DNA from: Octopus sinensis
Taxonomy: Eukaryota
Direction: 5' to 3'
Length of the DNA stretch: 64,000 bases
Assembly (NCBI RefSeq): GCF_006345805.1
Contig: NC_043009.1
Coordinates: 35,898,001 to 35,962,000, forward strand
In this document: piece by piece, positions 51,060 to 64,000 of the stretch
Layout: each line of letters starts with the position of its first letter
Numbering within the stretch: position 1 is the stretch's first letter
The notes under the pieces: generated by a model
Told to the model about the DNA's origin: nothing
The model's database searches: none
What the model saw: only the letters and a program-made list of their open reading frames with translations
Position numbers and translations under genes: made by a program

Positions 51060-52035
51060 CTTTCCCTTACGTCGACCCTATCATATCACCAACTTCTACA
51101 CTTCTACCAATATCATCTACTGCATCTCCTGCTCTCTCTGATCTTCTCTATACATCGGGCAAGGGGGACGCCGCTTGGCTGACCTCCGAGACATCCGACT
51201 CGGCAATGACACTCCGGTCTCGCGCTATTTCCGCTCTACCGGTCACTCTTTGCAACACCTGTCCGTGTTCGGATTGTCCTTGCACAGGGGCCATCCGGAC
51301 TCCCGTTTGCGCTGTGAACAGGGATTACTCTTCTCTATTCGCTCCTTTGCGCCACATGGGCTCAACCCTCCTCCCCTCTTCCTCTATCCTCCTCCCCTTG
51401 CCTCTCTCCCCCTCATACCTACTTCCTCCCAACCACCTCTCCTCTCTTGCTCCGACTCCTGATTCTTCTCTTCACTCCTACTCTCCTTCTCTCTTCTTTT
51501 CACTCCTACCCACCTTCTCCTTCCTCCTTCATCGTCACCCCCTCGTAAGCTCACCCCACCCCTACACATTCCACCCCCAACTTCTCTACCATTCCCCATC
51601 CCACCCCACCTCATCCCTTACACCCACTCCCACATACCCTCACCTCTAGCCCCACTATCCGCCTACCCATATACGCCACCTCTACCCCACCCTTGCTTTC
51701 CCCACTCTCGCCTCCCCCCACCTCCCAACACTATCACACCACACCACACACCACTACACAATACACCACCATACCACACAACACATCACATCACAACACA
51801 CCACCACGCACACACCTGCACTGACCACTTCCCAGACCCACATTTTCTCAGCTACACATACACACACGCACATGTCACTACACATTCTTTATTTTCTCTC
51901 CTTGTTTCTTTCTGTGTTCCTTTGTGTGGAAAAGCGTAGGATCGAAACGTTAAAGACTTTTTCACTTCCCGAGCGTTATACTAATACATCTATTTGTTGT
52001 CTACACCACCGGTCTTCGTCTTTTACTTTTTGTGA
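51060..52035 (+). mobile_element. Penelope-like 3' end: GIY-YIG, C/A-rich spacer, pLTR
   Basis: TSTNIIYCISCSL*SSLYIGQGGRRLADLRDIRLGNDTPVSRYF...RLRCEQGLLFSIRSFAPHGLN. A degenerate HHR variant lies at 51920-51955. Confidence 0.85.
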
Positions 52036-52044
52036 ATTATCCCC

Positions 52045-52522
52045 ATATATATATATATAAATAAATATATACATATATATATACATATATATATATACAT
52101 ATATATATATACATATATATATACACATATATATATACACATATATATATACACATATATATATACACATATATATATACACATATATAATACACATATA
52201 TATATACACATATATATACACATATATATATACACATATATATATACACATATATATATACACATATATATATACACATATATATACACATATATATATA
52301 CACATATATAATACACATATATATACACATATATATATACACATATATATATACACATATATATATACATATATATATACACATATATATATACACATAT
52401 ATATATACACATATATATTACACATATATATATACACATATATATATACACATATATATATACACATATATATATACACATATATATATACACATATATA
52501 TATACACATATATATATACATA

Positions 52523-52561
<39 letters not shown>

Positions 52562-52570
52562 TATATACAC
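52045..52570. repeat. TA/CA minisatellite (about 10-12-bp ACACATATATAT units)
   Basis: Direct reading. It produces the long YIYMC ORFs in the track. Confidence 0.95.
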
Positions 52571-53586
52571 TCACATTAATACACATCTGCACGGAGGACA
52601 CGTAACACTACTCCACTACTCGTTATGTGTACTTGCGCAAATACGCATAATGTTTTCGTGTACTTACATAGTATACATATTAGCTATATATAACTTTTCT
52701 ACATCACACATAAAACATGTGGATCCAGTTTTTTTACAAATTTCAGAAAGCATAAAAAAGCAAATAACTGTTATTTGGAAAAATCTATTAAATCATGTGG
52801 CGAATGTGAAAGAGAAAATATGAATGTTAAGATAGGAACATGACAAATAGAAAATAGATGGAAGAAGAGGAGGGAAAATAACAGAAGAGAAATAAACATG
52901 ACTGATACAAGTGTGAGGCAGAAGCGGTGGAGACTGTAGGATAAAACGTGGGTGGAGACGAAAGGAAGGAAAGATAAATGGAAAAAATAAGGAGGTGATG
53001 AAAGGGAAAATAAAACGGAATGAAGTGGTATTTGCGAGTATGGAGGGTGCTGAGAGTGACTAAAAAGGGGAGAGTAGAGAAGATTGGGCGGGGAGAATGA
53101 AAGAGATGTTTTTTATTAAGATATACATTTAGAAAACGATAAGAGTAAGTGAGTATGATTCTAGAGTTTGTAGATAATTGTGGGGGAGTATGAGTGAGCG
53201 TGGAGAAGGGCTGTATGCGTGAGTGGTGAGGGGATTGTTTTACAAACGTGGATTAAAGGTTAAATGTTGTAAAAAAATAAAACGAGGGTTAGGTTGGGGA
53301 TGGTAGCAAAAAATCGAAATCGATGAAAGAAATAAAAGATTCAAGAATAATGATAGAAAGATTGGGGAACCTGAAGAAAGGCTCTGGCAATCACGCTGTA
53401 TGAGAGAAAACATGATCAATCATCGTTATGGAAGCTAAGTTATACAACATAAAAAATACTGCGAAACCATTCTATATTATTGGCATATGCATACATGGTT
53501 GCCTCCACATACATCCACATATATATATTTGACTTTTTACACACATAATAAGTGTGTATGCCTGTATGTGTATATATATGTCTATG

Positions 53587-53616
<30 letters not shown>

Positions 53617-53617
<1 letters not shown>

Positions 53618-54995
53618 TATATCTTTGCCTACAGAGAATAGGCTCTCAACTGCAGCACTTGATGGGATGTTTGTGTTATACTTGGTGAACGGGTCGATCA
53701 AGACCAGCTCACCCCAAAAGCGACTTCAACCAGGACCTCCTTCGAGACAGCCTCCAACCAAGTCTTCACCAACTTCTGTGCCTTGGATTTCAGTGATCTT
53801 TGGTTCCTGCTCTCCCAGATCCGAGTGATATTGCTGAAGAAATCATCTTCCTCATCCTCGTTGCTGATGGAATTGCTGCCCACCCCATTGGTCTCCATTT
53901 GGGCTGTCTCTACGACGGTCTCCATGGCGTTCGTTACTCTGGCTGTTTTAAACTGCTCCAGCTAGAACAGGGGAAACTTGGGGTGGAAGGCAGTGGCCAG
54001 CTGGCACTCCATGTCTTCTAGGAGGAGCCCAAACCTTTTCGTGATGCCTTCCAGTATCACGTCTACCATAGGACTTCAATACAGGAAATGTTTGAACTTG
54101 GTCTCCTACAACTTCATGACGGTAGCCACTACAGCTGGCAGAAGGCTGTCACAATACGCCTGGTCCTTCACCTGGATTTTATCCAAGGTCTTGGCAACAT
54201 TAAACATCTGGGCGACCTCCGTCAGGAAACCAACATCAGAAACAGTGAAGGCATGCAGATTCACCTGTATCATCACCCTGTGGACAGCTTCCCCTGCTCT
54301 TCTCGAGCAGGTTGTTGTGGACAGCAACAGAGTCACAGTTAGAGTTGTATCTGGTACTGTTGGGGACCACCAGCCTCCTCTTCAACGCGTCCAGAATGTT
54401 GTCTGCCGCCACTGTGCTACGGCTCTGCAGATTCCACAGCCGCTGTGCCTTGGATATGGCTTTCCTGTAGGCTGTCTTGAATGAAGCACTGTCAAGAGCC
54501 TTGTTGGCATCCATGCTGACTACCAAGTTGAAGGTATGAGCTGCGCACTTCATGTGCACAGGCAGGTCTATGCCCAAGCCGTTGAACACGTCAAGGATAG
54601 CATTAACAGAAATGTGCTCAAATTCGTCAAAACACCAGCTTAGGGATCCACGTCCAGGCTCACATCCTCGACGCCCTCCACCTTCGGATAGGCAGCAGCC
54701 TCGGGAATGTCTGGCAAGAGATCAACCTCTGTAACAAACTGCATAAATGCCTTAACAAAGTTTTTGCCGCAGTCCGTCGTGGTCCTGGTCACCTTGTCTT
54801 GCAGATGGAACTTTTAATGGGTGACCACCATGGACTGGGCGAGAACATCAAAGGTGTGGTGTCCTCTAAACCGAGAGCAGGACAGGACGGTGTGTCGACT
54901 TGGGTCCAGCCAGTGTACTGTCATCTCCCGGTAGAACCTGTTGTGAGCTGACCAACAGTCCGTGGTGACCGCCACCCAGAGGGCATCATTGAGCA
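53617..54995 (-). pseudogene. hAT-superfamily transposase, multiply frameshifted
   Basis: VAVTTDCWSAH (first catalytic D), TTTDCGKNFVKAF (second D), HMKCAAHTFNLV (CxxH), PNSTRYNS, and C-terminal IPSSAAVESLFSVGK (catalytic E/dimerisation). No TIRs were recognised. Confidence 0.9.
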
Positions 54996-55049
54996 ATTTA
55001 TAATTAATAAATGTTAAACTGTAAAGAGACATAAGTTGTAAAGTTAACT

Positions 55050-55610
<561 letters not shown>

Positions 55611-55629
55611 GCTTCAGTTCTTAACGTTT

Positions 55630-56730
55630 TTAAGCACGTGTTATTACTTATAGTAAAATTGTTGTTGACTATTTCCGGAAATAGTCAACAACAATTTTAG
55701 GGGTGTGCTTAGCTCATGCATGTTTGGAGTGTATATTTGGTAATAATTCACAAGCCCTAAGAACGCTTGCAATGTTGTAATATTTTTCGGGGTAGGCATT
55801 TTTTTTTTTTTGCCATCGATCTTGAAGGATCTAGCCTTCGTCCACTTTTGTCGATAACTTGCCCAAGATACTTTATTTCTGGCCTGAAAAATTCGCATTT
55901 TCTTCGCTAAGTTTGGATCCATATTCCTTTATCTTCTCAAAATCTATTTTAATGCGTTCCTCATGATGGCCTCGAGACTCACTTTCTGGGTATGTCATCC
56001 AAATATGCTGTAGCGAAATATTTATCTGCAAGCATCGTGTCCATCCTCTGTTGGAAAATATTAGGTGCCACCTTTGTCCCGAAAGGAACTCGATTGAATT
56101 TATATAAACCGTTATGGGTATTTATCGTTAATAATTTCGAACATTCTTCCTCGACTTGTAACTGTAAATACACCTTCGACAAGTCCAATTTTGAGAAAAA
56201 TTTTCCTCCGTTGAGTTTCTCACAAATTTCCTCTGGGTTTGGTAGTGGATAATTGTATGTCTTTAAACATTCGTTCAAACCTGTTGAAAAGTCCGCGCAT
56301 ACTCTTTACGTAAACAGTTGGTGCTGCCCGTTCTGGATAATCAACATTTTCTATAACTCCCAGCTTCTCTAGCTTATCTAATTCCCTGCTGACTTGATTC
56401 AATGCCGCGAAAGGTACAACTCGTTTCGGTTTAAAGACCGGTATGGCATTTTCTTTTACTTGAAATTTTACTTTTGTCTTGGTGTATCTACCTAATTCTT
56501 CCGAAAAATCATTAGGAGAAATCTTTTTCAATTTATTTTTCAAATCTTCCGAAGCCTTATTTAAATTGACGTTATAACCGTTTACATTATTGCAAAAATT
56601 ATTTATGGAGAGATTCAATAAATTAAACAATTCTGCTCAGTCTGTGCCGAAAAGGTTCATCGTATTTTTTTATACAAAAACTTTAGTCTTCAAAGTTTTC
56701 ACACGAAATATCACCTCACTTGGTTGTTGC
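55630..56730 (-). mobile_element. Ty3/Gypsy pol fragment (end of protease, RT), frameshifted
   Basis: PVFKPKRVVPFA...YPLPNPEE...FSKLDLS...INTHNGLYKFNRVPFG..VAPNIFQ..MD...AYLDDI...LQAFLGLVNYY. Confidence 0.9.
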
Positions 56731-57573
56731 GCTTGATTTCGCTCAGATGAGAGTTATTGTTTTATTACATGACTAGCATTATGACCCGTTGTTGCCGGGT
56801 CATAGTGCTAGTGCATGTATATATGTGTACATATTACATGTACATTTATATATATATATATATACATCTACACATAAAATACAAAATACAACGTTATATC
56901 TTAATATCGCTAGTGATAACAATACTCAAAATATATAACAGACTGAAATTGTTAGCCCATCTCTTGTAATTTCGATCAATTGTATCTTGTCCTCCATCTT
57001 GTATAGAAGTGTGGCTACAATCCAGCCTACCTCTACTTCTGGGGGGGGGGCATTTTTAATGTTTTTCCGGAACGTCCTACGTCCCAGATATAAAAGTAAA
57101 AATAAAATATTTCCACTTTGCAAGTTCGAATCGAGTACTCCCTTGCACGCTCCATTGACTCGAACCTTGCTTCTATTGTGGCGAATTTACCACCTCTGGT
57201 TAGATATCCTTTAAAGTCGCACCAAGACACATTTCGAAGGTGCTTTCCTCCAGGTGTTCAAATCTTTTTTCTCTACATTGTATACTTTATAGACAATAGT
57301 CTTTTCTTTAATTTAATTTTTTATTATCCATCTGGACTATTCCATTTCTGCACACTCATTTTATTTTTTATTTATTCCCATTCATGTGAAACCACTTATT
57401 CAAGTTCAAATCATTGATGTACATTTATACTAATTGCTATTTTTACTTTTGTTATGTTACGATTATATTATACTTTAGTTTGATTTTAATTATTACTTAC
57501 TACATATAATTCAATTGTTATTATTATTTTTATTGTTAAAGTGAAAGCATCTGACATAAAATAGAGGAATATA

Positions 57574-58830
57574 CGAGGGGCGTTCAATAAGTAATGCCCC
57601 TGACCCACTTCCCATAGCAATAGAGCAACGAAACTTGGCACAGTTATTAGTCTTTTTCTACATAGGAACCACCCAGAGTTACGCATTTCTCCCATCGTTT
57701 GATGCGGCTCTGGAGACCGTTTTTGTAGAAGAACCCAGCTTGGTCCTCCAACCTCAACGTGACTTTAGAAATCAAGGCTGCATCATCTGGGAAACGCTTT
57801 CCTTTCAAAAACAACTTCATGATTGGGAAGAGGTGAAAATCAGAGGGTGCAAGGTCAGGAAAGTAGGGGGGATGGGGAGGAGTTCATAGCCATACGCCTG
57901 TGCTTCTGATCTGGCGACAAGCGAGTTGTGGACCGGAGCGTTGTCCTGCAGGAGGAGGATGCCTTTGCTGATCTTGCCCCGCCTCTTGATTTTGATAACT
58001 TCTCTTAATTTCCTCAAAAGTGAACCATAATAGGCTCCTGCAATTGTGGTACCCTTTGCCAGGAAATCTGTCATCACTACTCCGTCCTGGTCCCAGAAGA
58101 CTGTGAGCATGACCTTGCCAGCGGAGGGCTGCACCCTTGCCTTCTTTGGAGGGGGTGAGTCACGGTGCTTCCACTGCATTGACTGGGCTTTGGTCTCTGG
58201 ATCATCGTGATGGACCCAGGTTTCATCCTGTGTGATCAGTCTTTTGAAAAATTTTGACTCATCTTCTTGGCACATCTCCAAATTCACCCTCGAGCACTCG
58301 ACGCGTTCTTGCTTCTGGAAAGGCGTGAGCAACCTGGGAATCCATCTGACAGACACCTTTTGCATATGCAAATGGTCATGAATGATAGTTTCCACAGACC
58401 CGGTACTAATCTTGACCTCATGGTCTATTTGGCGAATACTTATGCGTCGATCTTCCAAAATGGCAGCCTCAACTTGACGGACAGATGCCTCATCAATGGC
58501 AGAAGGGGGCGACCAGATCTGGGAGCTGTTTCCACAGAGTTCCGACCATGTTTGAATTCACGATGCCAGCGTTTTACAAGGTCATATGATGGGGCATCAT
58601 CACCATAAGTTACTTTCATTTCATCAAAAGTCTCCGGTGGTGTGCGTCCTTTCAAATACAAAAACCGGATCACTGCTCGACACTCAACAGGCTCCATTTC
58701 ACACTTGACTCGGTTCAAACACCTGTAAATCAGAAACCACAATTAATTCAGAGCTGTAATTTGCCACTTACTCTATAGAGATCAAACAACTGCAAGTGGG
58801 TCAGAGGCATTACTTATTGAACGTCCCTCG
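57574..58830 (-). mobile_element. Full-length mariner (DD34D), 1257 bp
   Basis: 37-bp TIRs CGAGGG(G/A)CGTTCAATAAGTAATGCC(C/T)CTGACCCACTT with 2 mismatches, flanked by TA on both sides. Confidence 0.95.
57647..58697 (-). pseudogene. Mariner transposase with two frameshifts
   Basis: MEPVECRAVIRFL...RWIPRLL...ITQDETWVHH...LQDNAPVH, then a shift to HPPYFPDLAPSDFHLF...YVEKD*. Breaks lie near 58480 and 57860. Confidence 0.9.
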
Positions 58831-59404
58831 TATTTTTGTTTCACTTTTAACACGTAATACTGAAATAGTGGAGAAGATATGATATTGCTATGGGCTCGCT
58901 CTAGGCAAGAAGTTGAACCTTTTTTTGCCCATGAAACTACATGGACCCTAAGTAAGGCATGTGTAAAATTTGAATGAAATTGGTTGTGTAGTTCTCAAGT
59001 TTTATGGAAACACACAGACAGACAGACAGACACACACACACACACACATTCTCAGTTTTATATATAGAGAGATTACTGAATTGTTGAATATTGTGATTGT
59101 TTGAATTTGTGATTTTTTTGAATTTGTTTAAAATTTTATCTGTCTTACCCATTTATAGGTGAAGCGGTGAACAACGTGATTATGAATACACAGGTACAAA
59201 TAGGCAGTTATGCTGCAGTGACGGGCAAAAGCCTGTCAGCTGAGCTACTGCAAATTCGAGACTTCAAGAAGTTTAACATCTTACTGGAGAAGGAGGGAAG
59301 CTGCTTAAGGCTGACACACCCGAAAGAAGTAACTGAGAATACATAAAGGAAAACCATCACATATAGAACGTTCAATATAGTAACAAAGAAGGTGTCGTAG
59401 ATTT

Positions 59405-59815
59405 ATAATTCTTTGGCATTCTCCAGCCACTATTTGTAGGGTTAGTTCTGAATCTTGTTCAAGCTTTCTCAATATTCGAGCCCTTGTCTCTGCATCTGTA
59501 CTTGCCGTTAATCATTGTACGAAGATTAAGCATTTAAACATGCCCGGGCTTAACTTGTCGACTTTGAATTTTTCACATTCTCTATTTACGATTTCGGCAT
59601 ACGTGACGAAATCTTTCAAATTCAAACACTCCCAACAAATATTAGATAGTAAACTTCTTTCACTAGATATTTTATATAATAGCGTAATTATTTTCTCGAA
59701 ACAAATTTCGGGTGATTTTCTCGGCAAGATGTAATTACAAAACTTTGCATGTTCTGCTGGTGATAATTTCCTTAAAAGAAGACTTCTTTTCGTCCGTCCA
59801 GTTTTCACAATGCAC
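59405..59815 (-). mobile_element. Ty3/Gypsy gag-like fragment
   Basis: LLLRKLSPAEHAKFCNYILP...DFVTYAEIVNRECEKFK...MFKCLIFVQ..TASTDAETRARILRKLEQD...VAGECQRIINL, typical of invertebrate Gypsy gag. Confidence 0.75.
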
Positions 59816-59899
59816 TTGCACACACCATACTGTTTTTCACTGACAGTGCGCAGGTGCCTTTATATGGCTTAGAACAGTTGACTTGCTATCCCACAGGAG

Positions 59900-60600
59900 T
59901 GTCAGGATTTCACAACAACAAGGACAAAGACGAGAAAACCGCAACAAGATCGCTAAGGACTTCATGTTTACATTCCAACTCCTTGTCACACCAGTGCAGT
60001 GGCTCAAATATTTCACAGTGATGAGTTTAGGAACAGGTCTTAGGATAATGATCCCCTTCATCACCTGATTGGAACCCTTTAGATTTCAGCATCTAGAACG
60101 AATCGGTCAGAAAAGCTTGTGAGAAACCTCACTATAACCTGCAAGCCCTCAAAAATTTCATCCGTAGAACGTATGAGGAAGACATTGATGAAGGACTCAT
60201 TAAGAAAGCTTGTGGTGCAGTCAGGAAGAGGGTTGAGGAAATCATTGCCAAAAGAGGAGAAATTCCTGGTGCTTAACAGGTAGAATTTCAACCAGGATTG
60301 TCTCTGGCACTTTGAAATAAAACTTTAAATCTCCATTCCAACTTTATTTCAATCTTTTATGAGCTCACAATCCTGAGCTATGGTTAATTATTTATGAAAA
60401 TGTCATTTTCGTCCATGATCAACTTCTTCACGATACTTCTGGTGAGCATCAAAAGTAATGAACATTTTTTTCTTGTTCAAAGTAGAGTCCAATAGTGTTG
60501 GAAAACTCTGATAACTCCATTAAGTTATTTATAAGCATCCCTGAGATACAAAAGTTCAAAGCTGAATCTAAAATTTGGACAATTTTTTTCTGATACATTC
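59900..60600 (+). mobile_element. Tc1/mariner 3' remnant
   Basis: PSSPDWNPLDFSI*...KACEKPHYNLQALK...KACGAVRKRVEEIIAKRG (60055-60276), followed by a TIR-like GGACAATTTTTTTCTGATACA. Confidence 0.75.
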
Positions 60601-62145
60601 GGTATGTTGATAACTATAAGAAAAACCTTCCTGATGCACAGTGGCCTAGCCTAGAGTGCCTGTAACAATCTTCAAAACATCTCAAAATCAAGTATTCCAA
60701 AGTTAACGAAGCTGACATTCTAAAAGACATGTATAAAGAGCATTCCTTACAATAGAGCCAAAACGTGTGATTAAAAGAAATATAGAACGAAGAACACGCA
60801 ACTACGTTGATGTTATTGGTGGCGATACACAATATGAACCTGAGAAATTTTGAACGCTAATTTTAATAGAACTTCCTGGCGCAGTGAGCTGAAAAACATT
60901 TCAGTTGTAGCCATTTGAAGGACCATGACCTTAAAAATAGAAGTAGAAAAACAAAATATGAAACGTTTTGTATATTGTTTGATTTAACAATACTTTTATC
61001 TCAATTTGCTTATTTTATATTTCCCGTTTGAAATGTTGTAGTTTGCATTATTTACACCATAGCTAAACTTCTTAAAAGTGGCTTAACATTTAACTGATAT
61101 ATTAACCCTTTACGTAAATTTTAAATAGGATCAGCTAAATACATCAGTGTGACAGGGGTGGAACTTTGAATTACAAATGCAATCCCCCAGCGTCGCTTAA
61201 GACAATTTCCGTCCAACCAGTTCTATTCGCAAAGCTTGAGTTAATCCTATATTATGATGAAAAGAGATTTATTCACGATACTCTCCGGTGGGTCCGAACA
61301 CAGGACTCCATAACTGCGATGCGATTTTCTGTATGTCATCTTTCTGTCTCTTTTCTTAATATTTATTAATTCTAGTCCCTGTGCTTCTTCACTCTATTCA
61401 TCTTTACTATCATACGCAAATGCACAAACGCACATGCATCCACACATATACACACACATATATATAAATACATGTAACAGCACGTACACACACACATAAA
61501 CATGCTCTTCAGTGCTATTGTTGTCTTCCTCTGTATTTCTTTGTCTCAGTAATTTATTTCTTCAATATTCACAACCGATAAAATATTGGTAATAAATAAC
61601 TTTCTGAATATTCTAGAATTTGTCATTCCATGACCAGACCGATTCCATCATCTTCAAAGCTTCGATTTTCAAAGACCATTCCACTGCATCCTATTTTATT
61701 CTCTACAGGTTCCATGTGGACAGCAGTACCATTTAAATACAGAAACACTTCTTAGAATTGTTGTTTCGAAGATTTATAAATTTCAATAAACCAAAATCAT
61801 GTAGCTTAATATTTTCCGTTTGTAACCACATAATACCAGGTTCAGTCCCACTACACAGCATTCTCACAAAATGTTCAAATATCCCTTTTAATTCTTTAGC
61901 TGTCCTAAATAATAATAGATTCATTGGCAGCGTCCGAAGACAGTTCAATAATTTGTGTTTGCATTTATCTCCAAAAATGGATACACACATGCACAGAGAC
62001 ACGCACAGATACACACACAAAAACACGCGCTTAACACACAAAAACACACGCTTATATGTATATGTGTGTTATTATACTTGTATACATTTGTGCATTTGTA
62101 TGCATATGAATGCATATTTATGCTAGTGCGTGATTTTATCATATG

Positions 62146-62393
62146 TATAAGGTGTTCAAAAAGACTCTTCGCAGTAAGTATTTTATTACAAAATAAATAT
62201 TTATAAGATGGTATAAGACTACAAGACTACAAAAAAATATATTAGACTTTACAAGACTTTACAAAACTTTATAAGAGGTATTGAAATTGTCATCCGTCAT
62301 TTTCAATACATAAGTTAACTATTCTACACATGTTTTGAAATACATCTTGGATGAAAAAAATTCACTGGGGAATGGCTTTTTGAACACCCTATA
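62146..62393. mobile_element. MITE-like element with Tc1/mariner-type TIRs
   Basis: Left TATAAGGTGTTCAAAAAGACTCTTCGCAGT versus reverse-complemented right end TATAGGGTGTTCAAAAAGCCATTCCCCAGT. Confidence 0.65.
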
Positions 62394-63258
62394 TATAGAG
62401 AGATTCTGAAAGATTGCTTTGAGATACACGGCGTATTATATAAATATGCCTGTTCAAGTATCATAAGAGTATGAAACTATTATTAACTCTTTCGGTTGTG
62501 TATTTAATTTGATTTGTGTGTGTGTGTGTGTGTGTGTGTGTTTGGGTGTTTGTGCGTATGTATTCATCTTTATGCATGTCAAGATAAGCTTGGCACCTGT
62601 TATCTACCCCTCTTATACTCCTAAACTCCTCTACATTATAACACATATCCAAGCTTTAAATCACTCTATCTACCTCTACTACACACACTTCAATCTTATT
62701 TGTTTTCAGTATTAAATCCATCCCTACTCTACACACATCTCATCCTCAATTCAAAGAATGTCTTTTATCATTAAGGCGGAGAGCTGGCAGAATCGTTACC
62801 GCGACGGTGAAATATTTAGTGGCATTTCTCCTGTCTTTATGCTCTGAGTTCAAATTTAGCCGCGGTCAGTCATGCCTTTCCTTTTCGCAGTCGATAAAAT
62901 AAGTACCAGTTGAACACTGAGGTTGATGTAATCGACTTGCCCCATCCTTCAAAGTTACTGGCCTTGTGCCAAAATTTGAAATCAATGTCCTCTATCACTA
63001 TTATTACTATAATCGTTCATACATTCATATATATGTGTGTGTGTATGTGCGTGCATGTGTGCACTAACACTTGCAGCTGAACTTTTATGAAACTTACGGT
63101 CAACGATTTGTTGTATGATGGTCTCCAACAAAAGATATTTATTCTTCCATTGGCGAATCGTTTTCTCAGCGTTTCTCTTTTGCTGACACCTCGTATAATT
63201 CTCTATCGCTTTCCTTCACTCCCTCACTCTTTCTCTCACGTGATATCCCCTTTACATG

Positions 63259-63289
<31 letters not shown>

Positions 63290-63291
63290 GT

Positions 63292-63344
<53 letters not shown>

Positions 63345-63695
63345 ATGTTTATATATATATATATTTCTCGCTCTCTACTTCTCATTCTTTACTTTTTCTC
63401 TCTCTTTCCCTCTCTCTTGCCCTGTCTAATACTTTCATTGTCATAAACACACACGCGTACACACACAGACATATGTACATACACATACGCATGCATACAT
63501 ACATACATAATGCATACATACATATATACATGCATGCATGCATGCACAAAGATACACACATGCACACACAAACACACGCAAACATACTCTTTAATGTTAT
63601 CGTGGCATTTCTTCGTCTTCGAAAGTTTATTTCTTCAATATTCCCAACCGATAAAATATTGGTAATAAATAACTTTCTGAATATTCTAGAATTTG

Positions 63696-63850
63696 TCAGT
63701 CCATGCCTAGACTGACTCCATCATCTTCAAAGCTTCAATGATCAAAGACCATTCTGTTGTATCCTTTGTTATTCTCTCCAGATTCCACGTGAACAACTGC
63801 ACCACTACATAAAGAATTTTTAGATTTGTTTATATTGCTGTTTCGAATTC
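63696..63850 (-). other. Candidate terminal coding exon of an unidentified gene (paralogous decayed copy 61623-61773)
   Basis: Acceptor TTACTTTTACAG| at 63851. Phase-1 frame IRNSNINKSKNSLCSGAVVHVESGENNKGYNRMVFDH*SFEDDGVSLGMD*. The copy keeps the frame over GTAVHMEPVENKIGCSGMVFENRSFEDDGIGLVME*, and AATAAA lies downstream. Confidence 0.35.
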
Positions 63851-64000
63851 CTGTAAAAGTAATGCCAAAATGGCTGTCTGGTTAAGACGTTCGTTTTGCA
63901 AGTTCCGCGTTTCCAGGTTTGGTCTCACTGCTTGACACTTTGAAAGCGTAAATTTTACCATAGCCATGGCTCGACTACAAGATTTGGTAGTGAAATTGAC

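Larger units (their letters stand above)
56773..59072 (-). mobile_element. Non-autonomous Helitron-like element hosting the mariner
   Basis: On minus: A|TCTCTCTATATATAAAACTG...(GT)n(TGTC)n...CCAATTTCATTCAAATTT at the 5' end; subterminal hairpin CCCG-GCAACAA-CGGG and CTAG|T at the 3' end. This gives the A|TC...CTAG|T Helitron signature. That both ends belong to one element is inferred. Confidence 0.6.

Noticed and set aside
50804-51649. 281-aa ORF, the longest in the track
   Set aside because: It is an off-frame read through microsatellite, the Penelope GIY-YIG remnant and C/T-rich sequence; the meaningful frames are the other two.
52045-52570. Regular repeat array considered as CRISPR-like
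   Set aside because: There are no unique spacers; it is a TA/CA minisatellite in eukaryotic DNA with no cas genes.
60055-60090. CCTGATTGGAA considered as an HHR core
   Set aside because: It is the SPDxNPLD coding motif of a Tc1/mariner remnant, with no stems.

Overview
AT-rich eukaryotic genomic DNA with one 100-N scaffold gap (46421-46520). It is most likely from an octopus or other coleoid cephalopod; this is inferred from the recurring tRNA-derived SINE families and the extreme microsatellite density. I can support no intact protein-coding gene, and most ORF-track entries are microsatellite read-through. The window is a transposon graveyard: Penelope-like (GIY-YIG) remnants, RTE and R4/Dong-like LINE fragments, a CCHC-knuckle LINE ORF1 fragment, a full-length frameshifted DD34D mariner, several mariner/Tc1 remnants, a hAT transposase pseudogene, Ty3/Gypsy gag and pol fragments, non-autonomous Helitron-like elements and three SINE families. 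The strongest unexplained signal is about a dozen type I hammerhead-ribozyme (HHR) motifs. Many sit in (TA)n-flanked fold-back elements carrying an HHR on each strand. One family also occurs as a 50-bp perfect palindrome whose arms start at the predicted ribozyme cleavage site. Other notable items are a mariner-in-Helitron-in-Gypsy nest and a diverged 2.07-kb duplication with a terminal-exon-like segment at the right edge. All alignments and RNA folds were done by eye; coordinates of decayed elements are approximate.
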